Source of the DNA: an uncultured Planctomycetota bacterium
GTDB lineage: Bacteria > Planctomycetota > Planctomycetia > Gemmatales > Gemmataceae
Reading direction: 5' to 3'
DNA: 64,000 bases
Assembly: GCA_963849325.1 (NCBI GenBank)
Contig: CAWKHF010000002.1
Span: 448,001 to 512,000, forward strand
Of the stretch, positions 8,869 through 17,740 are shown piece after piece (the stretch's first letter is position 1; every line of letters begins with the position of its first letter). The position numbers and the translations under genes are program-made. The notes below the pieces were generated by a model. That model saw only the letters and a program-made list of their open reading frames with translations, had not been told where the DNA came from and ran no database searches.

Positions 8869-10249
8869 CACTCAACAATCGTCCCATCAAGCCGACGGAC
8901 TCGTCCGCTTGCGCTTCCGTGAGGACCAGCGGCGGGGCGATGCGGACGACCTTTCGCGCCAGCGGTCCCAGAAGGTGGATGCCGTCGCCTCCCGGAGTCT
9001 CGCCGAGGTAACAGGCCAGCACGGCGGCGTTGGCCCATTCGCCGGCCGTGCGGCCGGCGTGGTCGCGGAACTCGAGGCCCCAGACCATGCCGCCCTTCTC
9101 GCCGCGGACGCGGGCGACGAAAGGCAATTCCTTCAAACGCAGCAGTCCTCGCTCGAGGATGGCGGAGCTGCGGCGGGCGCGGGCGAGCACGTCGCCGGCG
9201 GCGAACTCTTCCAGCGTGGCCAGGACGGCCGCACAGCACAACGGATTGGCGCTCCAGGTGTCGGAGCCTTCGCCATAATCGAGACTGGCCAGCACATCGG
9301 AACGGCCCACGGCCGCGGCAACCGGCACACCGTTGCCGAGTCCCTTGCCCAGGACCACAATGTCCGGCTCCAGTCCGTAGGTCTCGTAAGCGAACAGATC
9401 GCCGGTACGGCCGAAGTTGGCCTGGACCTCGTCGAGAATAAAGATCAGGTCGTGTTCGCGGCAAAACGCCTGCAACATCCGCAAATAGGAAGCAGGGGGG
9501 TGGTAGGAGCCACCGCCGCCGAGGTAAGGTTCCGTGACGAGTATGCTCAATCGCCGTCCGAATTGATGCACCAGCGCATCCAGCTCTCGACGGTAAGGGG
9601 CTGGGTCGAACGGTTGCCCGCGCTGGCTGACGTCGGCGCACTCGGTCATCGGGAAGCTGAGGAAGCGCACACGGGGGTCGCGGTCGTGATCCGTCTCGCA
9701 GCCCGTGACGGCGCCGGCCAATCCTTTTTTGCCGTGAAAGCCGTAGCGCGTGGCCACGATCATGTCGCGGGTTCGGTCGCGGGCCAGGGCGGCCCACAGA
9801 GCTTTCTGGATGGCCTCGGAGCCGGACGCGGCCCACAATACTTGTTGCAGACGGCTTCCGCCGGGCCGGCCTTGCAGCACCTCGAGCAAGCGCTGGCTGG
9901 CGTCGATCTCCACGGGGGTCACGGCGTTGTACGCGGTCAAGGGCAGGGCGGTGAAATACTCGCCGCCCGCGTCCGCTGCCGAGAGCGACCCGGCAGCCGG
10001 CCATTTCATGTACTGGATGAAGCGCCGCATCCACGACTGCGGATTGTGCCCCAGGTTGGCGACGAGCACTCCCGACGTGAAGTCGTACAGCCGGCGTCCC
10101 TCGGGAGTCCAGTGGAAGACGCCGGCACTTTTGGCGAGGACGGCCAACGTCGGCGTATAAGTCCGCAAGGCGCGCGGCTCGCAGCCCAGGAGACCGTCGC
10201 GGATCGTGTTGGAAGACGCCTCCTGGGGGTGATGGAGCGGGTCAGTCAT
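8843..10249 (-). CDS. Class III PLP-dependent aminotransferase
   Basis: YDFTSGV..NLGH, SGSEAIQKAL, GFHG, ILDEVQANFGRTG, PDIVVLGKGLGNG (PLP lysine). Confidence 0.9.
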   Translation of the reverse strand: MTDPLHHPQEASSNTIRDGLLGCEPRALRTYTPTLAVLAKSAGVFHWTPEGRRLYDFTSGVLVANLGHNPQSWMRRFIQYMKWPAAGSLSAADAGGEYFTALPLTAYNAVTPVEIDASQRLLEVLQGRPGGSRLQQVLWAASGSEAIQKALWAALARDRTRDMIVATRYGFHGKKGLAGAVTGCETDHDRDPRVRFLSFPMTECADVSQRGQPFDPAPYRRELDALVHQFGRRLSILVTEPYLGGGGSYHPPASYLRMLQAFCREHDLIFILDEVQANFGRTGDLFAYETYGLEPDIVVLGKGLGNGVPVAAAVGRSDVLASLDYGEGSDTWSANPLCCAAVLATLEEFAAGDVLARARRSSAILERGLLRLKELPFVARVRGEKGGMVWGLEFRDHAGRTAGEWANAAVLACYLGETPGGDGIHLLGPLARKVVRIAPPLVLTEAQADESVGLMGRLLSALPSGDCG

Positions 10250-10269
10250 GGCAACTCCCGGAATAGAGA

Positions 10270-11574
10270 TCAAACCGGATCCGCATAGAGTACGACAGGC
10301 TCGGGCTGTGCCGGAGTTTTGAGGACCAATCCCCCGCGGGGATCGTTCACCATCACGATACAACCCGGTTGGCCGGCGGCGTGACGCTGTAAGATCGCTT
10401 CGAGGGCTTGGATCGTAGCCACCGTCGCCCGGTCGGCCGATAGCTCGTTGTAAGCCAGACCGCGCATCCGCTGCACGCGCTGCTCGCGTTCGCCCGTTGG
10501 TCCGCCGAATTCAACATGGGCCACTTCCTCGAAGAAATGCCTCAATACCTCGACTCCGTAGCCGCGCTGGCTCCGCTCGTCCCACGGCTCCAGGAACGCC
10601 GCGTTGTAATGATGGTTGGGCGTGTATTTCATATCGATTGGCGTCTTCCCTTCCACGGTCACCTCGACGCCGCGCTTGCGCTGATGCGCCAGCCAGATGC
10701 CGTTGTCGAACCGGAACTGCACTTCCTGTTCGACGTAACCGGGGAAGTTGTCGGGCGTGACCCAGCTCGTATGGATGTCGAAGGCCGCTTCGCGGCCGTC
10801 GGGGTAGACATAGACCATTTGCAGCTGCACCGAGTCCCAGGTGGGGCCGTTGGCTGGCCCAACGAGGCCGCGTTGTCCGGTGGCGCTGACGCGGCCCAGA
10901 CGCGGCCCTCCGGCCAGGGAAGCGGCGAACGTGAAATCGATCAGCTTGACGTAATGCACGGCCACGTACGTCCCCGGATTGCGTCCGCTGATCCATTCGG
11001 CGAACTGCTGGCCGCTAATCTGCTTCGGTTCCAGCAGGGAACAGTATCCGTTGTTGACGTGACAAAGGACGCCATCGACGACGTGGGTACGCAGTTTTTT
11101 GTGATCGGGGTCGGCGAGCTTGTGATAGACGACCTTGGCGAGCACCCCCTGCCGGCGTGCGAGGGCGTTCAGCTCATCTAGTTCCTGAAGACGCAGTACT
11201 GAGGGTTTCTCGATGAGGACGTGTTTGCCCGCCTGAAGGACGCGGTGCGCGGCATCGAAGTGTCGATCGTCCGGCGTGGCGACGCAGACGGCATCAACGC
11301 CCCGGGCGAGAAGTTGCTCGATCGCATCGGGACCGCTGCAATTGGCGAACGGCCCCAGTCTCGCACCGGCGCTTTGCCGCAAACGCTCGCCGCGCTGACC
11401 CGTCCGACTGGCGACAGCAGTCAACGCCACGTCCACGAAACCGAAGTCCCGCCGATACAGTCCCTCGGCGTGCAGCTGCTCGAAGAGCGGCCGATAGGTC
11501 TCCTCAAAGATCATGCCCAGGCCGACCATTCCCGCGCGGAGCTGATTACGGCCGAGGTTCGCGGTTATTTGCAT
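10270..11574 (-). CDS. Cytoplasmic Gfo/Idh/MocA family oxidoreductase
   Basis: GMVGLGMI, VCVATPDDRH, GKHVLIEKP; 20 nt upstream of the aminotransferase. Confidence 0.85.
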   Translation of the reverse strand: MQITANLGRNQLRAGMVGLGMIFEETYRPLFEQLHAEGLYRRDFGFVDVALTAVASRTGQRGERLRQSAGARLGPFANCSGPDAIEQLLARGVDAVCVATPDDRHFDAAHRVLQAGKHVLIEKPSVLRLQELDELNALARRQGVLAKVVYHKLADPDHKKLRTHVVDGVLCHVNNGYCSLLEPKQISGQQFAEWISGRNPGTYVAVHYVKLIDFTFAASLAGGPRLGRVSATGQRGLVGPANGPTWDSVQLQMVYVYPDGREAAFDIHTSWVTPDNFPGYVEQEVQFRFDNGIWLAHQRKRGVEVTVEGKTPIDMKYTPNHHYNAAFLEPWDERSQRGYGVEVLRHFFEEVAHVEFGGPTGEREQRVQRMRGLAYNELSADRATVATIQALEAILQRHAAGQPGCIVMVNDPRGGLVLKTPAQPEPVVLYADPV

Positions 11575-11772
11575 GTGGGCATCATAGGCCGCTTCGTGGG
11601 GAAGAAAAGTCCGGGAGAGGTTCACTTGCGGGTGCCCCGCTTTCGCGTCCATTGCAAGCTATAGTTGAAACACAACCCCGCGGGGAGACAAGGGCCATCG
11701 GCCACGAGGGCACCGTCCGCTCTTCGCACCCCGAGAGGGAATGACAACGCCTTGACAGAGAAGGCAGGTATC

Positions 11773-12810
11773 ATGAGCGGCCCTCCATCCCCGGCAGCGC
11801 CGGTGCTGAGCATCGTCATTCCGCTGCTTAATGAGGAGGCGGTGCTCGACGAGACCTATCGCCGACTCAAGGAACAGCTCGACCGCCTGGGCGAGAGCTA
11901 CGAAATCATCTTCGTCGATGACGGCAGCACGGATCGTTCGCGCGCCCTTCTGGCCGCGAAAGCCCTGATCGATCCCGCCGTCCGCGTCGTCGGCCTGTCG
12001 CGCAACTTCGGCCACGAGATGGCGACGACGGCCGGCTTGCAGTATGCCCGCGGCCAAGCCGCGGTCGTCATGGACGCTGACCTGCAAGACCCACCCGAAC
12101 TCATCGAGCAGTTCCTCGCCCGCTGGCGCGAAGGCTATCAAGTCGTTTATGGGGTGCGTCAGGAGCGCAGAGGAGAAAGCCTTCTAAAAAAAGTTACCTC
12201 CTATCTTTTTTATCGCCTTATGGGTCGCATCGCTGACGTACCCATCCCGGCGGACACCGGCGACTTTCGCTTGATGGACCGCCGTGTCCTGGAGGTGTAT
12301 CGCCAGTTTCACGAGGAACCCCGTTTCTTCCGTGGTCTGATTGGCTGGGTCGGGTTCCGACAGGTCGGCGTCCCGTTTGTGCGATGTCACAGGGCAGGGG
12401 GCCATACCAAGTATCGCTATGGCCGTCTGATCAAGCTCGCCTTCGACACCATCACGGCATTCTCAACGCTGCCGGCCCTGTGTATTACCTTGTTGGCCGG
12501 AAGTTTGGCGGGGCTGAGCATGCTTTTCTTGGGCGTGGTCGTCCTGCTCTGGGCGGTGGGATGGCTCGCCCTGGAAGGCTGGATGGGAGCTGCCCTTGGT
12601 TTCTTGTTGCTGTGGAACGTGCAATTCCTGAGTCTGGCGATCCTTGGCGAGTACGTGGTGCGGACTCATCGTCACACGCAGCGCCGGCCTCTGTTCGTCG
12701 TGGACACCGTCATCGAAAACCTAGCCCCGGTTGACGATGGCCGAGCGGCAAAGCCGGAGCGGGATGAGGTGACACTCATCTGTCACCCTTCCTCCCTTTG
12801 CGCTCGGTGA
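11773..12810 (+). CDS. GT2 polyprenol-phosphate glycosyltransferase (GtrB/ArnC-like)
   Basis: SIVIPLLNEE, VDDGSTD, LSRNFGHE, MDADLQDPPE, TGDFRLMDR, two C-terminal TMs. Confidence 0.92.
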   Translation: MSGPPSPAAPVLSIVIPLLNEEAVLDETYRRLKEQLDRLGESYEIIFVDDGSTDRSRALLAAKALIDPAVRVVGLSRNFGHEMATTAGLQYARGQAAVVMDADLQDPPELIEQFLARWREGYQVVYGVRQERRGESLLKKVTSYLFYRLMGRIADVPIPADTGDFRLMDRRVLEVYRQFHEEPRFFRGLIGWVGFRQVGVPFVRCHRAGGHTKYRYGRLIKLAFDTITAFSTLPALCITLLAGSLAGLSMLFLGVVVLLWAVGWLALEGWMGAALGFLLLWNVQFLSLAILGEYVVRTHRHTQRRPLFVVDTVIENLAPVDDGRAAKPERDEVTLICHPSSLCAR

Positions 12811-12843
12811 CACATCGAACTCGAGTCTCGAAGGATTGTTCCC

Positions 12844-14526
12844 ATGCAGACCTCGGCCTGCTCGCCTGCGGAACCCGTTCGCGTTCTCCGTGATCCTCCC
12901 GACAGCATCTCGCCGCGTGCTGACAATTCGTCGTCCGTTCCTCTCCGTTGGTATCGGCTCAGCGGGGCCGACGTGGTTTTTTTCGTGCTGGCGTTTATTG
13001 TCTTCCTGACAGCGCGGCAGGGATTGTTGGATGATCCCGGCCTGGGTTGGCACCTGCGGAATATCGATGCGATGTTGGCGGAGGGCGGTTGGCTGACGGT
13101 GGATTCGTTCTCGGAGCCGCGCGAAGGCCAACCGCGTCCGTGGCGCAGTAATCAATGGCTCGGCGAAATACCATTCTGGCTGGGCGAGCGTTGGGCGGGT
13201 TTGGAAGGCATCGCGGCCGTCGCCGCGGTCGTCATCGCTTTCACCATGCGCTGTCTGTACCGCATGTCTCTCCGCGACGGTTCACCCTGGCCGGTAGCCG
13301 TCTTCTGGACCTCGCAAGCAGCGATGGGCGTTTCTTGCTCGTGGGTTGCCCGACCGAATTTATTCACCATGCTCTTCGTGCTGGTGACGGCCCGGATCTG
13401 CGTTCGCTTCCACGAGGGCCGCTGCTCTCGTCGCAAGACCCTCTGGCTGGTCCCCTTGTTTGGCCTCTGGGCCAACATCCACGGTGGGTTCGTGGCCGGC
13501 TTCACTCTCCTCGCCGCCACCACGTTGATCGAGATGGCCCTGACCCTCTTCGCGGGAAATGCGGAAGCCAGACTGGCAGCGCGAGGCCGTGCCGTCCATC
13601 TTCTTCTGCTGCTGTCCGGCGCGTTTCTCGCCACGCTCGTCAATCCTTACGGTCTGTCGCTTTATCCGTGGATCTTCCAACTTCTCGGCGATCCATTCTT
13701 CATGGATCTGCATCTCGAATGGAAGTCGCCGGACTTCCACGGCAAGGGGGCGATCCGCTTCGAGTTGCTGATGCTCCTCTTTCCGATGTTGCTGGCACTG
13801 AGCAAGCGCCGGCCGAACCTCGTGGAGTTGGGACTCGCCCTGTTGTGGTTCCACTTCGCGTTGACTGGGTTCCGCTACGTGCCGTTGTGGGTGGTTATCG
13901 TCGTCCCTCTGCTGGCGCGTTCCAGTCTCGAAGTGCCCTGGTGCCGAAACCTGGCCCAGCGCCTTGTCTCTTCGGGGAAGGAGGGAAGAGGGTCGTTGTT
14001 CTCCTTCGCGCCGACTGGGGTGCCGTGGATGGGGACGTTGCTCGGCGTCGTGGTCCTCTTTGGAATGGCCCGCTGCGCCGAGGGACGCCTGGCCCGTCAT
14101 CAACCTGAGATCATTGCGGCAGATGCCCTCGACCGCTTCTTGCAGATTCATGCCGAGTGGAGGCAAACGCATGGCCGGCGACCTGTCGTCTTCCATTCCT
14201 ACGACTGGGGCGGCTACCTCACCTGGCATGGCGGCCCCGACTTCCGCAACTGGATCGACGACCGCAACGAGGTCCAGGGCAAGGAACACGTCCAGGAGTA
14301 TTTCTCCATCCTTGAAACGGACCCCGGCTGGAACGACAAGCTCGATCGCGCCGGCGTTCAGCTCATCTGCATCCAGGCGAATGCACCGTTGACCTTCCGC
14401 CTTGCCGAGAGCCGGTCGTGGCGCGAACGGTATCGGGACTCGTGGGCGGTCATCTTTGAACGGCGAAGCCATATCGAGGAATGCTCAAGACCCACCGACC
14501 TCGCCGTTCCTAAGTTCCTGCCCTGA
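12844..14526 (+). CDS. Polytopic membrane protein, GT-C-fold glycosyltransferase-like
   Basis: DDPGLGWHL after TM1, ARPNLFT, LWANIHGGF, NPYG, YDWGGYL, IDDRNEV; follows the GT2 gene. Confidence 0.7.
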   Translation: MQTSACSPAEPVRVLRDPPDSISPRADNSSSVPLRWYRLSGADVVFFVLAFIVFLTARQGLLDDPGLGWHLRNIDAMLAEGGWLTVDSFSEPREGQPRPWRSNQWLGEIPFWLGERWAGLEGIAAVAAVVIAFTMRCLYRMSLRDGSPWPVAVFWTSQAAMGVSCSWVARPNLFTMLFVLVTARICVRFHEGRCSRRKTLWLVPLFGLWANIHGGFVAGFTLLAATTLIEMALTLFAGNAEARLAARGRAVHLLLLLSGAFLATLVNPYGLSLYPWIFQLLGDPFFMDLHLEWKSPDFHGKGAIRFELLMLLFPMLLALSKRRPNLVELGLALLWFHFALTGFRYVPLWVVIVVPLLARSSLEVPWCRNLAQRLVSSGKEGRGSLFSFAPTGVPWMGTLLGVVVLFGMARCAEGRLARHQPEIIAADALDRFLQIHAEWRQTHGRRPVVFHSYDWGGYLTWHGGPDFRNWIDDRNEVQGKEHVQEYFSILETDPGWNDKLDRAGVQLICIQANAPLTFRLAESRSWRERYRDSWAVIFERRSHIEECSRPTDLAVPKFLP

Positions 14527-14570
14527 CTCACGTTCTGTCCGTTCGGGCGTCCCAAAACGCTATCCATTTA

Positions 14571-14598
14571 ATTAAACATAAGATCTCTTATCGGACGT
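14571..14598 (-). other. dif-like XerC/XerD recombination site (11-6-11); candidate chromosomal dif
   Basis: Minus strand ACGTCCGATAA-GAGATC-TTATGTTTAAT. The XerD arm differs by 1 nt from E. coli TTATGTTAAAT. AT-rich intergenic position where KOPS-like polarity switches. Confidence 0.75.
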
Positions 14599-14647
14599 TA
14601 CCCTTTCGACCGCGTTTCTATCTTTGAAATCGAAGGGCCAACGAGTA

Positions 14648-14676
14648 ACGTCCGATAAGAGTTCATTATGTTTAAT
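14648..14676 (+). other. Second, inverted dif-like site with a 7-nt central region
   Basis: ACGTCCGATAA-GAGTTCA-TTATGTTTAAT; both arms are identical to those of the 14571-14598 site. Confidence 0.7.
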
Positions 14677-14836
14677 TAATGCTTGGTTCGCCGCTCGTCA
14701 CAACTTCCGAAAGCACAAGGGTTTATCTATGTTCTCCAGAAGACCGGCAACGCCTGAGAACTGACCTTGACCGAGATGTCGCTAAACGCGATACAGCCCA
14801 GAGCCGAACCGAGTTCGCGCCGCATGGAGGAGAGGC

Positions 14837-16573
14837 ATGGCTGGTTGGAGCAAGAGCCGACTGCTGGAGGGAACGTGGCTGCTGTTCTGGATCGTGGCCA
14901 GTTCCGCCTGGTGCGTCTCGGCATCGGCACGCCTTGGGGCCACCTTCGACGAACCGACATATCTCAACCTGGGACTGGAGAACTGGCGTTCGGGTAGCTC
15001 GAAGCGCTTGCTCGATCTGGGAACCATGCCCCTACCCGCCCATGTTCAGACGCTCCCCCTTCATCTCTGGGAGCGCTGGTGCGGAGAGCCGTTGGATACG
15101 AGTCGGAACCTGGACCCGTTGTTGCCGGTGGCCCGGCTGGGTACCCTGCCGTTCTGGTGGCTTCTGCTTGTCTATGGCTGGCTGGCGGGTCGCCAGATGG
15201 CCGGTCCCTGGGGCGGAAGGTTGTCGGTGGCCCTTCTGGCCTGCGAGCCAAACTTGCTGGCTCATGCAAGCCTGGCGACCACCGATGTCGCGGTGTCGGC
15301 GTGTTTGCTGGCCTTGCTGTACCACTTCAAAATCGGCAGGGATTGTTCGTGGTGGCGTCGCGTCCTGGTGCCCGCTGGGTGGTTCACCCTGGCCGTGTTG
15401 ACCAAGGCGTCCGGCCTCGTGTTCGGAGTGATCGGCCTGGCCATGGTCGAACTGGAGCATTACCTCACCACGTTCGGGGAGAAGGAAAGTCTGACCTCAC
15501 GAGTGCGAATTGCCATCGCCTCCTTATTTCGGCCTCCGTTTCGGCGCGATTTGTTCCACATCGTTACCCTGGCTCTGATAGCGGTGTTCTGGTATTGCGG
15601 CTCGGACTGGATCGTGTCCCCCTCCTTCGTCGCCTGGGCGAAACAGCTGCCCGAGGGGCCGGCCCGATCCGGGCTGCTGTGGTTCGCGGAGCATCTGCGA
15701 ATTTTTAGCAACGCCGGAGTGGCCCTCGTTCGTCAAGTCCGCCACAACGTCCAGGGCCACGGCGTCTTTCTGCTGGAACAAGTGGAAAGACGGGCCATCT
15801 GGTACTATTTCCCGCTGGCGCTGACCATCAAATCGCCCCTGCCTCTACTGGTGCTGCCGCTGTTGCTTGCCGCGACGTGTCGCCAAGCCCTGCGGAACTG
15901 GGCCTGCCTCGCGGCCGGCGCTCTTTTCCTGTTCAGTTTCGTGTGTCGCGTCCAGACGGGCATCCGCCTGGTGTTACCTCTCGTCAGCCTCGCCGTGGTC
16001 GGACTCTCGGCCGCCCTGATCGTGGCCCGGCACAACCTCACGTCGAGCCGCTTGCGCCCTGTCCTGACGGCGACCGCGGTCCTGAGCGGGGGCTGGCTCA
16101 TCTGGGCCGCCGTGTCGGTCTGGCCGCATGGTTTGTGTTACACGAACGAGCTGTGGGGTGGAACGGCGAACGGTTATCGCCGCCTCAGCGATTCCAATTA
16201 CGATTGGGGCCAGGGATTGAAGGAGCTGGCGCGCTGGCAGCAGACGCATCAGGTGCGCGATCTGGATGTGTTATATTACGGCACGGACACGACCCTTAGG
16301 CAACTGCCCATGCGTCCGATCGCCATAGCGAAACTGGAACTGGGACCGGATCAGCTGCCCCTCGCCTTTCAAGGTCGCACGGTCGCCGTGGGCACCTCGA
16401 TCGTCTACGGCAGCGTGAGCGACACTCAAGACAAGCTGCGGGCGCTGGCTCACTCGTTGCGGCGCCATACGCCCGTGGACCGAACTACGACGTTCCTTAT
16501 CTACCGCTTCCCTGCCAGCGACGAAATGGCCACGGCCCAGGCCCAAGAGCGGCTGAACCAAGAAACTCCCTGA
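14837..16573 (+). CDS. GT-C glycosyltransferase (ArnT/PMT_2-like)
   Basis: ATFDEPTY, EPNLLAHASLATTD, LTKASG, GIRLVLP, LSDSNYDWGQGL. Confidence 0.85.
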   Translation: MAGWSKSRLLEGTWLLFWIVASSAWCVSASARLGATFDEPTYLNLGLENWRSGSSKRLLDLGTMPLPAHVQTLPLHLWERWCGEPLDTSRNLDPLLPVARLGTLPFWWLLLVYGWLAGRQMAGPWGGRLSVALLACEPNLLAHASLATTDVAVSACLLALLYHFKIGRDCSWWRRVLVPAGWFTLAVLTKASGLVFGVIGLAMVELEHYLTTFGEKESLTSRVRIAIASLFRPPFRRDLFHIVTLALIAVFWYCGSDWIVSPSFVAWAKQLPEGPARSGLLWFAEHLRIFSNAGVALVRQVRHNVQGHGVFLLEQVERRAIWYYFPLALTIKSPLPLLVLPLLLAATCRQALRNWACLAAGALFLFSFVCRVQTGIRLVLPLVSLAVVGLSAALIVARHNLTSSRLRPVLTATAVLSGGWLIWAAVSVWPHGLCYTNELWGGTANGYRRLSDSNYDWGQGLKELARWQQTHQVRDLDVLYYGTDTTLRQLPMRPIAIAKLELGPDQLPLAFQGRTVAVGTSIVYGSVSDTQDKLRALAHSLRRHTPVDRTTTFLIYRFPASDEMATAQAQERLNQETP

Positions 16574-16578
16574 GCCGG

Positions 16579-17577
16579 TCAAGAGGCTCCGCCGGCGATA
16601 CCCTGAGAGTCGTTCCCGGAGAGGAAGAAGCCCATCTTGCGGAACTTCTGGTAACGACCTTCCAGCAGCTCCTCCACCGGCAGCGGTCGAAGCTCGCGGA
16701 GATAGCGGAGAAGGTACGACTTCAAGGTCGTCGCCATTTCCCGTTGATCGCGGTGAGCGCCGCCGAGTGGTTCCGGGATGATGTCATCGATGACGCCCAG
16801 GCGCAGCAGGTCGCGCGCGGTCAGGCGCAACGCCTCGGCGGCGAGCGGCTTGGTCGTCTCGGTAGCGACCTTCCACAGAATGCCAGCGCAGCCCTCGGGA
16901 CTGATGACGGAATAGTAGGCGTGCTCCAGCAGACTAACGCGATCGCCGATGCCGATGCCCAGGGCACCGCCCGATCCTCCTTCACCGATGACCACGCAGA
17001 TGATGGGCGTCTCCAGGCGCGACATCTCCAGAAGGTTCGTGGCGATCAGCTGGGCCTGGCCGCGCTCCTCGGCGCCGATGCCGGGGAAGGCGCCGGGCGT
17101 GTCGATCAGGCACACGATGGGCAAGCGAAACTTGGCGGCCAGACGCATGTTCTTGAGCGCCTTGCGATAGCCCTCGGGATGGGCACAGCCATAGAAACAG
17201 TCAGTGCGTTCCTGCAGGGTGTGGCCCTTCTGATGGCCCAGGAGCACGACGCGGAAATCGCCCAGGCGCGCGAAGCCGCACCGCAGCGCGCGGTCGTCGC
17301 CGATGGCTCGGTCGCCGTGCAGCTCCACGAATTCCTCAAAGATGAGATCGACGTAATCCATCGTCTGCGGCCGATCGGCGTGCCGCGAGACCAGCACCGT
17401 TTGCCAGGGGTTCAGGCTGCTGTAGATCTTGCGCTTGAGGTTGACCAGTTCGCGGCGAATACGGCGGATTTCCTCGCTGCTGCCGAGTTGGCCGTTGGAC
17501 CCCGCTTCCAGACGCTCCAGCAGGTCTTCCAACTCGTAAATGTCGGACTCAAAAGGCAAACGATTGCGCGGAGGCAT
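16579..17577 (-). CDS. accA: Acetyl-CoA carboxylase carboxyltransferase subunit alpha
   Basis: LPFESDI, ELHGDR, PEGYRKA, IDTPGAFPGIGAEERGQ, GEGGSGGALGIG, YSVISPEGCA. Confidence 0.97.
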   Translation of the reverse strand: MPPRNRLPFESDIYELEDLLERLEAGSNGQLGSSEEIRRIRRELVNLKRKIYSSLNPWQTVLVSRHADRPQTMDYVDLIFEEFVELHGDRAIGDDRALRCGFARLGDFRVVLLGHQKGHTLQERTDCFYGCAHPEGYRKALKNMRLAAKFRLPIVCLIDTPGAFPGIGAEERGQAQLIATNLLEMSRLETPIICVVIGEGGSGGALGIGIGDRVSLLEHAYYSVISPEGCAGILWKVATETTKPLAAEALRLTARDLLRLGVIDDIIPEPLGGAHRDQREMATTLKSYLLRYLRELRPLPVEELLEGRYQKFRKMGFFLSGNDSQGIAGGAS

Positions 17578-17740
17578 GATTCGCTCCTCGACCCTCGGCC
17601 CGGCAACCGACTCCAGGCTGCGGAGTACAGGATACCGAAGAGACCCGATTGGGTCCAACTGCTCTTGCCCGTTCGACGAAGGCCGTGTTATCGACTATCC
17701 GCCGGCGGTGCAGGATCGAACGCCGATGCGGAGTCTCGAA

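Noticed and set aside
1-10249. Hopanoid cluster (HpnA-like epimerase plus HpnO-like aminotransferase)
   Set aside because: The genes are 8 kb apart and family-level similarity is non-specific. No squalene-hopene cyclase or other hpn genes are in the window.
11601-11615. GAAGAAAAGTCCGGG resembling the RNase P RNA motif GAGGAAAGTCC
   Set aside because: The match is imperfect, other conserved RNase P regions are missing, and the intergenic space is too short.
11752-11775. TTGACA...TATCAT promoter before the GT2 gene
   Set aside because: The spacer is only 11 nt, incompatible with sigma70 geometry.
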